A DNA stretch of 64,000 nt from Eledone cirrhosa (taxonomy: Eukaryota): assembly GCA_964016885.1 (NCBI GenBank), contig OZ024740.1:151032001-151096000 (forward strand), read 5' to 3'. Position numbers and translations under genes: made by a program. Shown piece after piece: positions 1 through 21,134 of the stretch. The notes below the pieces were generated by a model, which saw only the letters and a program-made list of their open reading frames with translations, did not search any database and had not been told where the DNA came from. Numbering within the stretch: position 1 is the stretch's first letter; every line of letters starts with the position of its first letter.

Positions 1-24
1 ATATATACATATATATATATACAT

Positions 25-55
<31 letters not shown>

Positions 56-124
56 TATATATATATATAGTGCAAATTTATACGGGAACAAAACAGAGAG
101 GCAGACAAATAAAGGTTTATTAGG

Positions 125-259
<135 letters not shown>

Positions 260-322
260 ATAAATATAAAAATGAGGCTGTTTGCATAATTGCAAACGAA
301 TCGAATATTATTAGTAATATTC

Positions 323-518
323 GAGGGCGATGGATTGGCACTATCAGTAGAGGGTCGGACGCCATGCTTTGCAGCAAAGAGTTACGGCCCTTTATGGTCT
401 GAGTTCAAATCCTGCCGGCGTTAACTTTGCCTTTCATCCTTACGGGGTCGATAAAATAAAGTACCAGTAATACACTGTGATAATTGCTGGCCATGTGCCA
501 AAAGTAGAAACAATTATT
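323..518 (+). mobile_element. tRNA-derived SINE (family A)
   Basis: B-box-like GAGTTCAAATCC followed by a conserved body (TTAACTTTGCCTTTCATCC...GGTCGATAAAATAAAGTACCAGT...GGCC.TGTGCCAAAAGTAGAAAC) that recurs at least 8 times in the window. Confidence 0.8.
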
Positions 519-538
519 AACATTCGAAAAACTCAGAT

Positions 539-569
<31 letters not shown>

Positions 570-571
<2 letters not shown>

Positions 572-767
572 CAAAGAAATTGTGGTAAGGAACCAAATGG
601 ACCATAACGCACCAGAGTACTCAATACTTAGGGTAGTAGAGTGGGAAATAGGAAAAAGTATGACCCACGACGGCAGAGCTCAAGCCGTTTCGCCGGCTAT
701 TTCTGGACTCCAGAAATAGCCGTCGAAACGGCTTGAGCTCTGCCGTCGGGGTCATACTTTTTCCTAT
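570..767. repeat. Fold-back (palindromic) repeat in (TA)n, PLE-pLTR/HHR-remnant type
   Basis: Near-perfect inverted repeat 648-766; related sequence at about 3045-3120 and 32345-32590. Confidence 0.7.
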
Positions 768-1210
768 ATATATATATATGTGTATATATATGTATTTAGG
801 GGTAATTAGTGGAATACTTACATTCAAAGTACCAAACTGCGCAAATTAAACGAAAAGTTAACGTATAACGCTATTTGAAATCCAATTCGCTAACCAGGGT
901 TTGCTTGTAATTCTCAGTCGTATATTCTTTGTTCAAGAATTATGGGAGGGTCTAATATTTTATTTTTATTTTATTTCATTGAACTCTGAAAATTTGAAGG
1001 GCATCACCTGAATTTAAACACATTATGTTAACTACTACAACCAAAAACTCTTGCTTTAGCAATTCTCACAATTGATCTACATCACAGCCCAACACTTATC
1101 ACTTAGGCTATCGTTATGTATTTCATCGTATGATATTTTCGTTATATTTGTGATATCTATAATCAATAGTGTGTATATGTGTCATATACCCCCTCTCTTT
1201 ATCTATCTAT

Positions 1211-1277
<67 letters not shown>

Positions 1278-1308
1278 CACATACACACACACATATATAT
1301 ATATATAC

Positions 1309-1339
<31 letters not shown>

Positions 1340-1407
1340 TATGTATATATACGTATATATATATTCTTTATATACTTTATATATATATATGAATATATAC
1401 TTTATAT

Positions 1408-1442
<35 letters not shown>

Positions 1443-1507
1443 CTTTATATATATATGTATATAATTTATATATATATATGTATATACATATACTTTATAC
1501 ACACACA

Positions 1508-1543
<36 letters not shown>

Positions 1544-1708
1544 TATATATATATATATATTCTCACATACAATCATACATGCACGTATACGTAGGTGTGT
1601 AGAAGCTATTGGGAAATGTAAGAAACAAAACTGTGTAATGGGAACGCGCTATCGAGAAAGCGAGAAAGGCAAGTCACAGACAGAGAATGAGAGAGAGAGA
1701 GAGAGAGA

Positions 1709-1795
<87 letters not shown>

Positions 1796-1884
1796 GCTAG
1801 GAAGAAAGAGACAACAGAACGGTAAAACAGAAAAATAAAAGGGCATAGGTATAAAAGAAAAAGAAAAAAGAAATATCTAAGACG

Positions 1885-2800
1885 TCAAACGATTATCTTA
1901 GTCATTGGAATAGGGAAATAAGATGTCTCCAGATTTTTGTAAATAGATTTTGGTAATTGGTGCTGCTGAAGCTGTTGTCGTTGATGTGATGTTATTTGGT
2001 GGTGGTGGTAACAGTGGTAGCGCTGCTCTTGTTGCTTTTTGTTATTGGTGATGATGTGATGATGTGTAGTGGTGGCGTTGTTGTGTTCATGATGTTTTTG
2101 ATAGTAGAGGGATGTAGTAGGGAATTCTAGTGGTATTGGTGGTGGTTTTAGAGGTGATGGCAAACTTGGTGATAGTGGTAGTTGTGGAGGTGGTTCTGGT
2201 GATGGAGATGTCAGCGGTTGTGATGATTTCCTATCATAACAAAACCAAACCACCACGATCATCACTTGTTATGCATACATCACTAGTCTCTCCGACCACA
2301 ATTAGGAATACTATCACCACCAGAACCACTATGACGATTACCATCTCCACAACAAATGTCTATTGCCATCATCATCAATACCACCACAACAAACACAAAC
2401 GCCATATCTATAACTATACAACATCACCAACACTCCCACCAACGTTACCACCACATCCATCACTACCTTCCCTTCACTCATCAACAGCATCTATGTGGTA
2501 GCTTCAGTTGCTGAAAATAATAGCCTAAAACCACACCAAGATATCTGAAAATGAATTAAGCTAGATATTCTTGTCGTGTGTCCCCTGTTCATATGTAAAG
2601 CAGAGATAGTCACTGCTGGAATCCTTCCGATTATCGTTCTGATCTATCAGAGAAGCTCTGCTGCCTCACAGCAACAACATCACAGCACCACTATCACCAT
2701 CACTACCGCCAACAGCATAACTACCATCTCCAATACAGCTACCAACAATAAGACTGCAACAACTAACATTATCACGAACCTATACTACTCCACTCACTAC
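1885..2800. repeat. Degenerate trinucleotide low-complexity region (GGT/GAT then CAC/CAT)
   Basis: G/T-rich triplets switch to C/A-rich triplets near 2240; the resulting ORFs are low complexity. Confidence 0.6.
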
Positions 2801-3117
2801 ATTATCTCTGCATGTATATTGTTGATGGACCTCTGTCGGTTTCAACGACGAGCATTGGTTCACCAACAAAACCATCTACTCATAAAATTAAGCGGCAGTG
2901 GCTGATCATTTCATAAAAATGTGTGTGTCCTTAATGACGTTAATATTCAGAAAGATTCAGTGGGAAATTCTGACAACTCAAGCCCTTTGAATTTCAGGTC
3001 TAACTTTATGTCACGTTGTACAAATTCACGTCCGAGTCCTGACTCTTTTCCTATTACCCATTCTACTACCCTAGTATTGCGTTATGGTCCATCTGGCATA
3101 TTACCACACATTCTTTG

Positions 3118-6357
<3,240 letters not shown>

Positions 6358-6548
6358 AAAAACTTGGTGAAAAAAATATCCAAGTGTCAGATCGCTCAGT
6401 CTGTCGGACGAATTGTGATGTACAATTAAATTAAATTACTACAACGATTGCATAATGCGAAATGAAAAGTTGGCCTTATCAAAAACGCTAAAATAACTTG
6501 CGTGGTCGCATCGTACAATCATTGGAGTAATTTAATTCACACACACAC

Positions 6549-6630
6549 ATATGGAATCCTTCGCAAGTCTGCGTGTCATCCATGAGCATGGGCCATGCCA
6601 ATCTTCTTTGTATCGTTCCAGTTTTATAGG
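6549..6630 (-). pseudogene. U6: Diverged U6 snRNA copy lacking the 5' stem-loop
   Basis: Minus strand reads AAAACTGGAACGATACAAAGAAGATTGGCATGGCCCATGCTCATGGATGACACGCAGACTTGCGAAGGATTCCATAT, colinear with the U6 core; ACAGAGA box reads ACAAAGA and the AGC triad reads GGC. Confidence 0.85.
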
Positions 6631-7194
6631 TATTGACGATGTTTTTATTCGTGTGATACCCTTTCATCTTTGTTTCTGTTTTGTTCTCGCTTCATTTCTC
6701 TCACTATCTTTCTCTCGTTTGCTTCTTCTCAGGTCCTTGGCCGTCATTTTGCTTTACATATTTTTTGGGGGCCTCATATTCATTGTAGAGTAGTAGACGT
6801 TTTATTTTAGCTCGCCAACCCAACCATTTGACGAATGCCAGAATGTTCAACTTCTCATTAATTCCAGTATTAACATGCTAAGTCCTTTGTCTATTTATTT
6901 CTAGTATTAAGTTTTACATAATTATCTGTTTTTGTCTTTTGTGGTCGTTTCACGTGCAAATTGGCATTACAAGTGCAATACCACCATAATGAACGGAATC
7001 GTACGAGAGAAAAGTGGCTGTCGAGGTTAAAATGAAAGGATGCAGCTACCTATTCGTATTATGTAACTGTGCATTTCCTGCTGATACGACACACACACAC
7101 ATACACACACACAATATTCTAAATACTTAGCTATGCAGGCTTTTTTTGAAATTATATATAAATATATATGTGTGTGTGATCTAGTCGGTAGGAT

Positions 7195-7408
7195 AATACA
7201 AGGTTTGTAATCTCCGAACAATAATTACTTGAGCTCAAGGAACGAAAATCTTATAGGATGTTTACATCTCAAATGCCTACTTCTTGCTAAGTGGAAACCC
7301 TCAATGGAATCAACTGATTTTCAACTTTCTGAATATTGATTTATATATTTTATTGCCTTTTATTTTTCCACACTTCCATAATACAGTACACCTGCTATAC
7401 TACTATAC

Positions 7409-7410
<2 letters not shown>
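7195..7410 (+). mobile_element. 3' fragment of a PLE, same family as the element at 52800-54050
   Basis: Shares GCCTACT.CTTGCTAAGTG...CTCAA...ACTGATTTTCAAC with 53960-54040. Confidence 0.55.
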
Positions 7411-7445
<35 letters not shown>

Positions 7446-7554
7446 ATTCGTTTTGTGCGGTTTTTGAAAACTTTTGCAATAACTACACATGCTGAATTCA
7501 CTGACCAAAATAGGGGTTTTATCCCCTTAGAATCGCATATATATATATATATAG

Positions 7555-8088
7555 GTATGTACACGTACACACATATATGTATACAGACGTACAGTAGTAT
7601 GTATATATATATACATACATGCACACATATATATATATGTACGTATGGATTCACCGAACATTTATTATAATGGTCGGAGTGTTTGTAAACAAACATACCG
7701 TATTAAGCCATAGTGTCCAGCAACCATCGTTGCTCGTTTGTTCAACACTGACAAAGGAACGCTGTACAAGTTTCAAGCTTATTAGCTATCGTCAGCAACG
7801 TATACCTTCCTGCCAGATTGTTGAACGTATATACTTACCTTATGCATATTAACGGCTGAGTAGCCCAATTTGCATATCGAGTGGGTTAATCGGCCGGGTG
7901 CACCGAAAACGATAAACGGAAAAAATGAAATGAAATTTCATTTCCCACTTTTAGTACGGCTGTTACTTAAATATAAGTATGTACACATACATACATATAT
8001 GTATGCAGACGTACAGTAGTATGTATATATATATACATACATGCACACATATATACATGTACGTATGGATTCACCGAACATTTATTAT
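7555..8088 (-). mobile_element. HHR-bearing non-coding tandem repeat (about 422-bp unit, 1.3 copies), retrozyme-like
   Basis: Direct repeat 7555/7977; HHR on the minus strand at 7759-7801; another copy at 35022-35338. Confidence 0.7.
7759..7801 (-). ncRNA. Minimal type I hammerhead ribozyme motif
   Basis: ACGTTG-CTGACGA-tAGCT aata AGCTt-GAAA-CTTG-TA-CAGCGT; the stem II closing pair is mismatched. Confidence 0.65.
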
Positions 8089-8119
8089 TTAGTGGGCGAG
8101 AGAGTTAGCAGAGCGTAAG

Positions 8120-11092
8120 CACGTGAAAAAGTAAGAAATCGGAGAACAGACCGTTAATACATGTTTATTTAAAACAGCACCTACGTACGTTTCGCCCGGT
8201 TGGGCTTCTCAAGGGCATAAATAACCAAAAGGGTTCCTTACATGCGCGCACCTCTTCGTCACCTCCAACAAAACCAAGAAACTGTACAAGATGGACGCGA
8301 GCAAGTATACAAATTCATTTATAAGGAACTACACAAAGACTACAAAAAGACACCCTTTAGTACCCTAAATGACATAAATAGAGTAGGGAAGGATATAGTT
8401 ACCAGCTTAGAAATTGAAAAGTACACTAATCCCTACGTCCCTCTGACGCCTGGATTCTCTCTTAAGGATCACAAATGTAACTTTAATGAGAGCGCCTCTA
8501 TTAAACTAATATGTCCCTCTACATCTGATATAGGTAAGATTAGTAAAGTGATCCTCGATAGAGTACTACTGGAGCTTAATAGAAACGCTAAGGTCTGCCT
8601 CTGGGGCAACACCGACCAGGTCATAAACTGGTTCACCGAGTTGCCTGATAAAGCGACCCTAAAGTTCATTCAGTTTGACATAGGTAGTTACTACGCCTCT
8701 ATCTCCACCATACACTTAAATAAGGCACATATATTAGCTAAATCTAACACTAGCCTCACTAAAAAAGAAATAGACATAGTTCTACCGGCGTGTAGAACCA
8801 TTATCCAGTTCGAAGGCTCCCACAGGACCAGAACCAACCGTCCTGATAACTTCGATATAACGATGGGTTCCAGCGACTCAGCGCAAGCAACTGACCTGGT
8901 CGGAATATACCTCCTCCATAAGCTTAGGGACGAGATACCCGCCCTACAAGGAGGTGTATATAGGGATGACGCCCTGTTTACTCTTAGGTACCATAGCCCT
9001 CGTAGGATAGAGAACTTTAACAAGCATATACACAGGTTCTTCAAGCCATACGGCCTATCCGTAACTATAGACCTCAAACACCAGGTTGTCAACTTCCTGG
9101 ACGTGACCCTGGAGTTGAGTACGGGCCTATACAAGCCATACCATAAGCTTGGAGAGAGCCTTTCTTATATTAATTATGCCTCCAACCACGCTAAGCAGAC
9201 TCTCAACTCCAAAGTCTATAGCATCTCACATAGAATCTCGAGGCTCTCCGCCAATGAGGATATCTTCAACCAAACGGCAGATTACTAAAATAGGGCCTTG
9301 ATAAGCGCTGGCTTTAACCGAGGAATTTCCTACATCCCTAACGCTGGCTCTAGAAACCACGCCCCTCATAAAACGAACGTTATGGTAAACTATACCTATA
9401 ACCGATCACGCGGCGACTTCGTAGGAGACGTATATAATAGTATAGATAATCACACTAAGGAACACGACCGCAACGTTAATTACACTGGCGATGGTATAGG
9501 TAACTTACCACACAATAAAGATCACGACCCTGGTGACAGTGACCACTGTAGCCTACTCGATTATTCCCCTACTATAAAATCAACTACCAACGCCTTCCAA
9601 CCAACATCTTCCTGTACATAGAAGAAGGAAGAAGAGTGCACCCGAGCATAAAGTGAAAGGGGCACGTAACGGGCTACAGCGCATTAACATGCATAAGAAC
9701 GGTCACCTTGATGGAACCACCCGTAGCAAATGTACAAGGACACGTAATCACCACCGTAAAGTCTTATGGTTCCATCCCTCCTACTCTCGGAGTGTGGCCT
9801 CCAACATACCCCGGATATTCTTCGAAGCCTTAGAGACGAACTTCCCGCCCAACCATAGCTATAGAAAAATCCTTAATAGGAACAATATAAATATATCCTT
9901 CTCTACTACTCCTAACCTAGCAGACATCATAGGAACAACGAACCACAGTAAGGTCACCAAGACACAGCACCTTAGCACAGACGCACCTACACCTGACAAT
10001 AACTATATTGGCCTTAACGACTCCCTAGTATCATCCAATAGTATTGGCAACTGCCTCTACAGACGCAATCAGCATAACCGCGACATGACTGGGATCATGC
10101 AGGACATGACGTGCAGAATAATAATCGTACCACCCCGTGCACAGTGGGTTATAATGGTGCTAACGACAGGTGCGGGAGCGTAGATAACAACGTAGATAGC
10201 AATAATGATAGCCTTACCGTGGGAATTAGAACGAACCGCGACAGAAATTGCAACTGCCGCGACAGGGGCCGCTGCCCCCTTAGAGGATACTGCTTGACTG
10301 ATATGGTTATATATAGGAGCACTGTAACTGGCCACAATAGCGTTAAACATTATATAAGGGCTACCTCTAAATTTCGAACACATCTCCACTCTTTCACAAA
10401 TAAGAAATTAAGACACTCAACTTCGCTCGCGGACTAGATCACATCATTAAAAGACTTAAACATCAGCTTCTCCACGCATTGGGATATTGTCGGCAGGGCT
10501 GCACCGTACAACTTCAAGAGGAAATGCGATCTTTGCCTCAGGGAGCTTATCAAACGACGATATGCTGTACACATCGCTTAAAAAATCCTTCTTCAGATGG
10601 GATAAGGATGAGGAGTGAAACCGTATACCGCGTCTCCCTGCAATAAGATTTAACGCCCCGGCGGGCAGGCGCTGCAAAAAACATCCAGGAAACTAACCAT
10701 GCATCCCAGACCCAGCTTCAAATGTCCCAAGCGGGCATGTGCAGTAAAAACGGCTCAAAATAAGCGTTGATTACTTGACCCTGCGCATATCGACAATGGT
10801 AAGGTTGTAACCACATCTTGTAACGGATAAAAAATTTGTCCGGTAAAGACTGCCCTAACACCGACCAGAGTTACCTCCCTTGACCTACTGCACAATCAAA
10901 ACACGCTTTTTTTGCGAAGAATGAACTATGACGTGAACTTACACCCCAAAACACATTCCGGGCCATGTAAAGAACACTTTTGGTTATTTATGCCCTTGAG
11001 AAGCACAACCGAACCGGGTGAAACGTACGTAGGTGCTGTTTTAAATAAACATGTATTAAGGGTCTGTTCTCCAATTACTTACTTTTCCACGT
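8120..11092 (+). mobile_element. Penelope-like element (RT + GIY-YIG), Hydra-clade-like, with inverted 5' pLTR; decayed
   Basis: RT motifs LKDHK, FIQFDIGSYY, FDITMGS, YRDD, VNFLDVTL; KVLWFHP; CNCRDRGRCPL (CxCx5C) plus VIY...HYI and KCDLC; 8120-8244 is an inverted copy of 10965-11092; several stops. Confidence 0.88.
10992..11036 (+). ncRNA. HHR motif in PLE pLTR with TTGAGAA core (inverted copy at 8177-8216)
   Basis: The inverted copy reads GCCC-TTGAGAA-GCCC aacc GGGC-GAAA-CGTACG-TA-GG; palindromic loop III, short stem I. Confidence 0.6.
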
Positions 11093-11424
11093 ATATATAT
11101 ATATATATATATAAATTTAGCGAGAATCGCATTTCGGCGGGTGCAAATTAGCGAAACGCAACTTCCATATTGTGCAAACAAGCGCTCCATGGATATGAAG
11201 AATATGATACCAGAGGTATAAACATAAGTTAAAATAAGTTAAAATGGAAATACATGCTGAGACGATGGTTAAGAAGCCATTAACCACCATACCCAAAAAG
11301 TCTAACGAGCTAAACGGGTCAAACAAAATGAGATATGATTGAAATATTTACCTGGACCCTCGGTGAAGATGGAATAATCCGTAATTGGGTTTCTGCAACA
11401 CCTAAATTAATAATACTGTCTGCT

Positions 11425-13770
<2,346 letters not shown>

Positions 13771-13771
<1 letters not shown>

Positions 13772-14595
13772 AAAACAAATAACGAAACGAAATTAAATTT
13801 CGTTTCGTTTGTAACTCACTTTTGTATGACTGACGCTTAAACAATTAAGTTAAAAATGTACATCTACATATGCATACTGAAATACTAGTGTGTATATGAA
13901 TACACACACGTATACATATGTATATGTAACAAGTCTTTCACTGGTTGCTTTACTGTGAGCAGCCCAGCTATTCTGTATGTAAACACACAGACAAACCGGT
14001 TTTTAGAGTCATACTGGTTTTTGAGGGAACACCTTCCCTCTATTTTCCAGAAAGCCAGACAAGGAATATTGAACTAGTTTCGTTGTTGTTACAACTCATC
14101 AGCAATATTTACCTATCTACCGGCCCTTCTGGAGAATTGTAAAAGCACATATCGTTATATGCTTTTCTATGAAAATTAGTAGTGGGCAGACTAATTTGCA
14201 TAGAGTGTGAGTACGCACCGGTTCAGCGGAGACGATAAAAACAAATAACGAAACGAAATTAAATTTCGTTTCGTTTGTAACTCACTTTTGTATGACTGAC
14301 GCTTAAACAATTAAGTTAAAATGTACATCTACATATGCATACTGAAATACTAGTGTGTATATGAATACACACACGTATACATATGTATATGTAACAAGTC
14401 TTTCACTGGTTGCTTTACTGTGAGCAGCCCAGCTATTCTGTATGTAAACACACAGACAAACCGGTTTTTAGAGTCATACTGAGTAAAGCAACCAGTGAAA
14501 GACTTGTTACATATACATATGTATACGTGTGTGTATTCATATACACACTAGTATTTCAGTATGCATATGTAGATGTACATTTTTAACTTAATTGT
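13771..14595 (-). mobile_element. HHR-bearing non-coding element: 466-bp unit x about 1.5 plus inverted terminal segment, embedded in (TA)n
   Basis: 13771-14016 is repeated at 14237-14481; 14482-14595 is the reverse complement of about 13840-13954; canonical HHR at 14065-14109. Confidence 0.82.
14065..14109 (-). ncRNA. Canonical minimal type I hammerhead ribozyme
   Basis: AATATTG-CTGATGA-GTTGT aaca ACAAC-GAAA-CTAG-TT-CAATATT: 7-bp stem I, 5-bp stem II, palindromic loop III, GUU site. Confidence 0.88.
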
Positions 14596-18395
<3,800 letters not shown>

Positions 18396-18900
18396 ATATT
18401 GTTATACTTTGGGAGGGTCATGTTGCCAATAAGAAACACACGCACCAGTTGCTTTCACTTCAATTTATTATATATTTATAAATTTATAAATTTACAAATC
18501 TACAAATCTATAAATTTCTGGTTGGTTGGTTGGTTCCACAACCAGATAGTTGTTTATATATAGTCATATGTTTAAACAAAATGCCATAGGACAGAAGAAA
18601 GGAAAGGCACAGAAACAAAGAAAGGAATCCTCAGTCACTGAAGAGGTCACAGAGTGTGTGACGAAAGGACTATGACTATATATAAACAACTATCTGGTTG
18701 TGGAACCAACCAACCAACCAGAAATTTATAAATTTGTAGATTTGTAAATTTATAAATTTATAAATATATAATAAATTGAAGTGAAAGCAACTGGTGCGTG
18801 TGTTTCTTATTGGCAACATGACCCTCCCAAAGTATAACAATATCGGTTTCAACACATGATTTCAGATAAAGAATCTTGCTAAACAAATTCAGAAAAGAAA
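18396..18900 (+). mobile_element. HHR-bearing fold-back element in (TA)n
   Basis: About 172-bp inverted arms (18396-18568 / 18671-18843) around a spacer that contains an HHR. Confidence 0.75.
18633..18677 (+). ncRNA. Minimal type I hammerhead motif
   Basis: AGTCA-CTGAAGA-g-GTCACA gagtg TGTGAC-GAAA-ggac-TA-TGACT. Confidence 0.7.
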
Positions 18901-19085
18901 TATATATACATATATATATATACATATACACATATATATATACACATATATATATATATACACATATATATATATATATATACACACATATATATATATA
19001 TACACATATATATATATACACATATATATATATATACATATATATATACATATATATATATATATACATATATATATAAATCATT

Positions 19086-19126
<41 letters not shown>

Positions 19127-19128
19127 TT

Positions 19129-19177
<49 letters not shown>

Positions 19178-19178
<1 letters not shown>

Positions 19179-19432
19179 TGAAAGGCGCATTGCTTAGTGG
19201 TTAGAGCATTGGACTTGCAATCGAAAGGTTGTGAGTTAAATTCTCGGACCTAGTGATGTGTTGTTTCCTTGAGCAAGACACTTTATTTTTCGTTCCTCCA
19301 GTTTACTCAGCTGTAGGAATGAGTAGCGGCCTGCCCACCCAGCCAGTGCGATGGCGTTATACTATGGCTAAAACAGCACGACGTGCTGTGACCAGCGGCG
19401 CCGATTGGTGCCCGACAGACTGGTCGGTCAAG
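19178..19432 (+). mobile_element. tRNA-derived SINE (family B, CORE-like body)
   Basis: A-box-like GCTTAGTGGTTAGAGC, degenerate B box, and CCTTGAGCAAGACACTT body. Confidence 0.65.
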
Positions 19433-19454
19433 ATGATATATACATATATAGTAA

Positions 19455-20347
19455 CTAGCAGTAAAGCCCGGCGTTGCTCGGGGTCGCTCAGTAGCTGTGT
19501 TAAAGTTACAATGTTAAGTTTCTTTTTTGGCTTAAAAACTGTAATGTCTACTGTGTAGACTTGCATGTGGTGTTTTTGATTAATATTCCCTCAACCAACA
19601 ATATGCCTTATGAAGTTAAGAAAACATAACGATAACCCGAATGTTATAACAAAAGAGGATGCTGGGGATAAAAACTGCACTGGTTATTTATTAACAAAGA
19701 TCGAAAATGTAATCACTGCAACGCAGAGAAAAACATTAGCGTAACCAAATTATCAGTTATGTCTGTCTGCACGCCTATATCACCTCTCTGCACGACTGTC
19801 TGTCTGCACGCCTATATCACCTCTCTGCACGACTGTCTGTCTGCACGCCTATATCACCTCTCTGCACGACTGTCTGTCTGCACGCCTAACGAAATTTACA
19901 GATACATATATTTTATATAAACTTATATAATTTTTGCTTTTTTTTACGAAATATTTGCTTGTTTTAAGTAGTTTTTAAATAGACTTGTTTTCAAGTAAAA
20001 ATATTGTTTTAAAAGGCTTGTTTTACGTAGTCTTTAAATCGTGTATTGTGTTAATGTCATTTTAAACGCTGAGAAAGCCAGCGTAATTTTTTTAATTTTT
20101 GCACGCAGACGCTCAATGTAAACAGAACAAAGGGAAATAACTGATCACTTACGCTCAAAAATCGATACCATTATATTCGATTTCGTCACATAGGGTGGGT
20201 CAATTTGAAATTTTTTTTTCCGATGTCTTCGCTAGGGCTCAATGTACAAGTATAGCAATTTCGGTGCAATTCCGTGAGAGATTCTAAGAGGAGATGTGTG
20301 CCAAAAATCGATAGACAGACAGACAACCACAGTTTTATATATATAGA
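19455..20347 (-). mobile_element. Non-autonomous Helitron
   Basis: On the minus strand it starts TCTATATATATAAAA and ends with hairpin CCCGAGCAACGCCGGG plus CTAG; inserted between A and T with no TSD. Confidence 0.8.
19760..19888. repeat. 37-bp minisatellite x3.5 inside the Helitron
   Basis: TGTCTGTCTGCACGCCTATATCACCTCTCTGCACGAC repeated. Confidence 0.92.
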
Positions 20348-20555
20348 TAATAATAAAATCCAAAGAGGGCTTGAGAAGGATAAATATATATAAAATATAT
20401 AAGAACCCTAGAGCACCGTTTTTCGAAATATTTACTTCTGCATTCACAGATTGATTTTTTTAGTTTCAGAAGATCCCTTTAAGGGGGGGGGAGCAGCGAT
20501 TCTTTAATCTGTTATTTTCATAAATATATACATGCACACATACAGACACACACAT

Positions 20556-20613
<58 letters not shown>

Positions 20614-20639
20614 TAATTAATTCTATCGTGCAATGCTGT

Positions 20640-21120
20640 GCGTGAAGATATTTTTTAAAGTGAGGAAAGACTGTGCACTGAGACAATCCCACTCTCTGAG
20701 CGACAGTAGCAATAACCCGAAAAGAAGAAAATGTCAACATCATCGGTAACTACTGAGCTGCAGGTTTTATATGGGAGTTATGCCAGTTTCCTGAGTTGCC
20801 TTCTCCTAGAAGAATGCCCTGACAAAGGCTAGGGGTCCTTCACTCCCAGTAGTTTAATCGCGCGATCGGGTGTCCAGCCAAACTATTTCTATATCTCCGC
20901 GCATATACATACACATGCACCCATGTATATATACACATATACATACTTATGAGTTCTTCCGCCCTTTGTCAGGTTTTGTTTTTTGTCCTGCAGGGTGTCC
21001 AAAATCCCCCTCCTCACCAAGTAAACTTGGTGGGGTTGCCAGTTTAGTCTCCGACGACCCGATCATGCGACAGGTTGTGCTGGGTTACATGTTACCAGTA
21101 ACACTCAAGAGTGACCCGAC
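20640..21120 (-). mobile_element. RTE-type LINE 5'UTR-derived repeat (same family as 50659-51268)
   Basis: Reverse-complement similarity to 50659-50930, interrupted by a short microsatellite-like insert. Confidence 0.6.
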
Positions 21121-21134
21121 ATATATATACATAC

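Noticed and set aside
1885-2905. His/Thr/Pro/Gln-rich ORFs
   Set aside because: They arise from degenerate trinucleotide repeats; no domain or splice evidence
11355-11392. HHR-like GTGAAGA-TGGA ataa TCC-GTAA
   Set aside because: Both core segments are mismatched and there is no clear stem I
19180-19250. Functional tRNA gene
   Set aside because: Broken T-arm and acceptor stem, followed by a SINE body; treated as a SINE head
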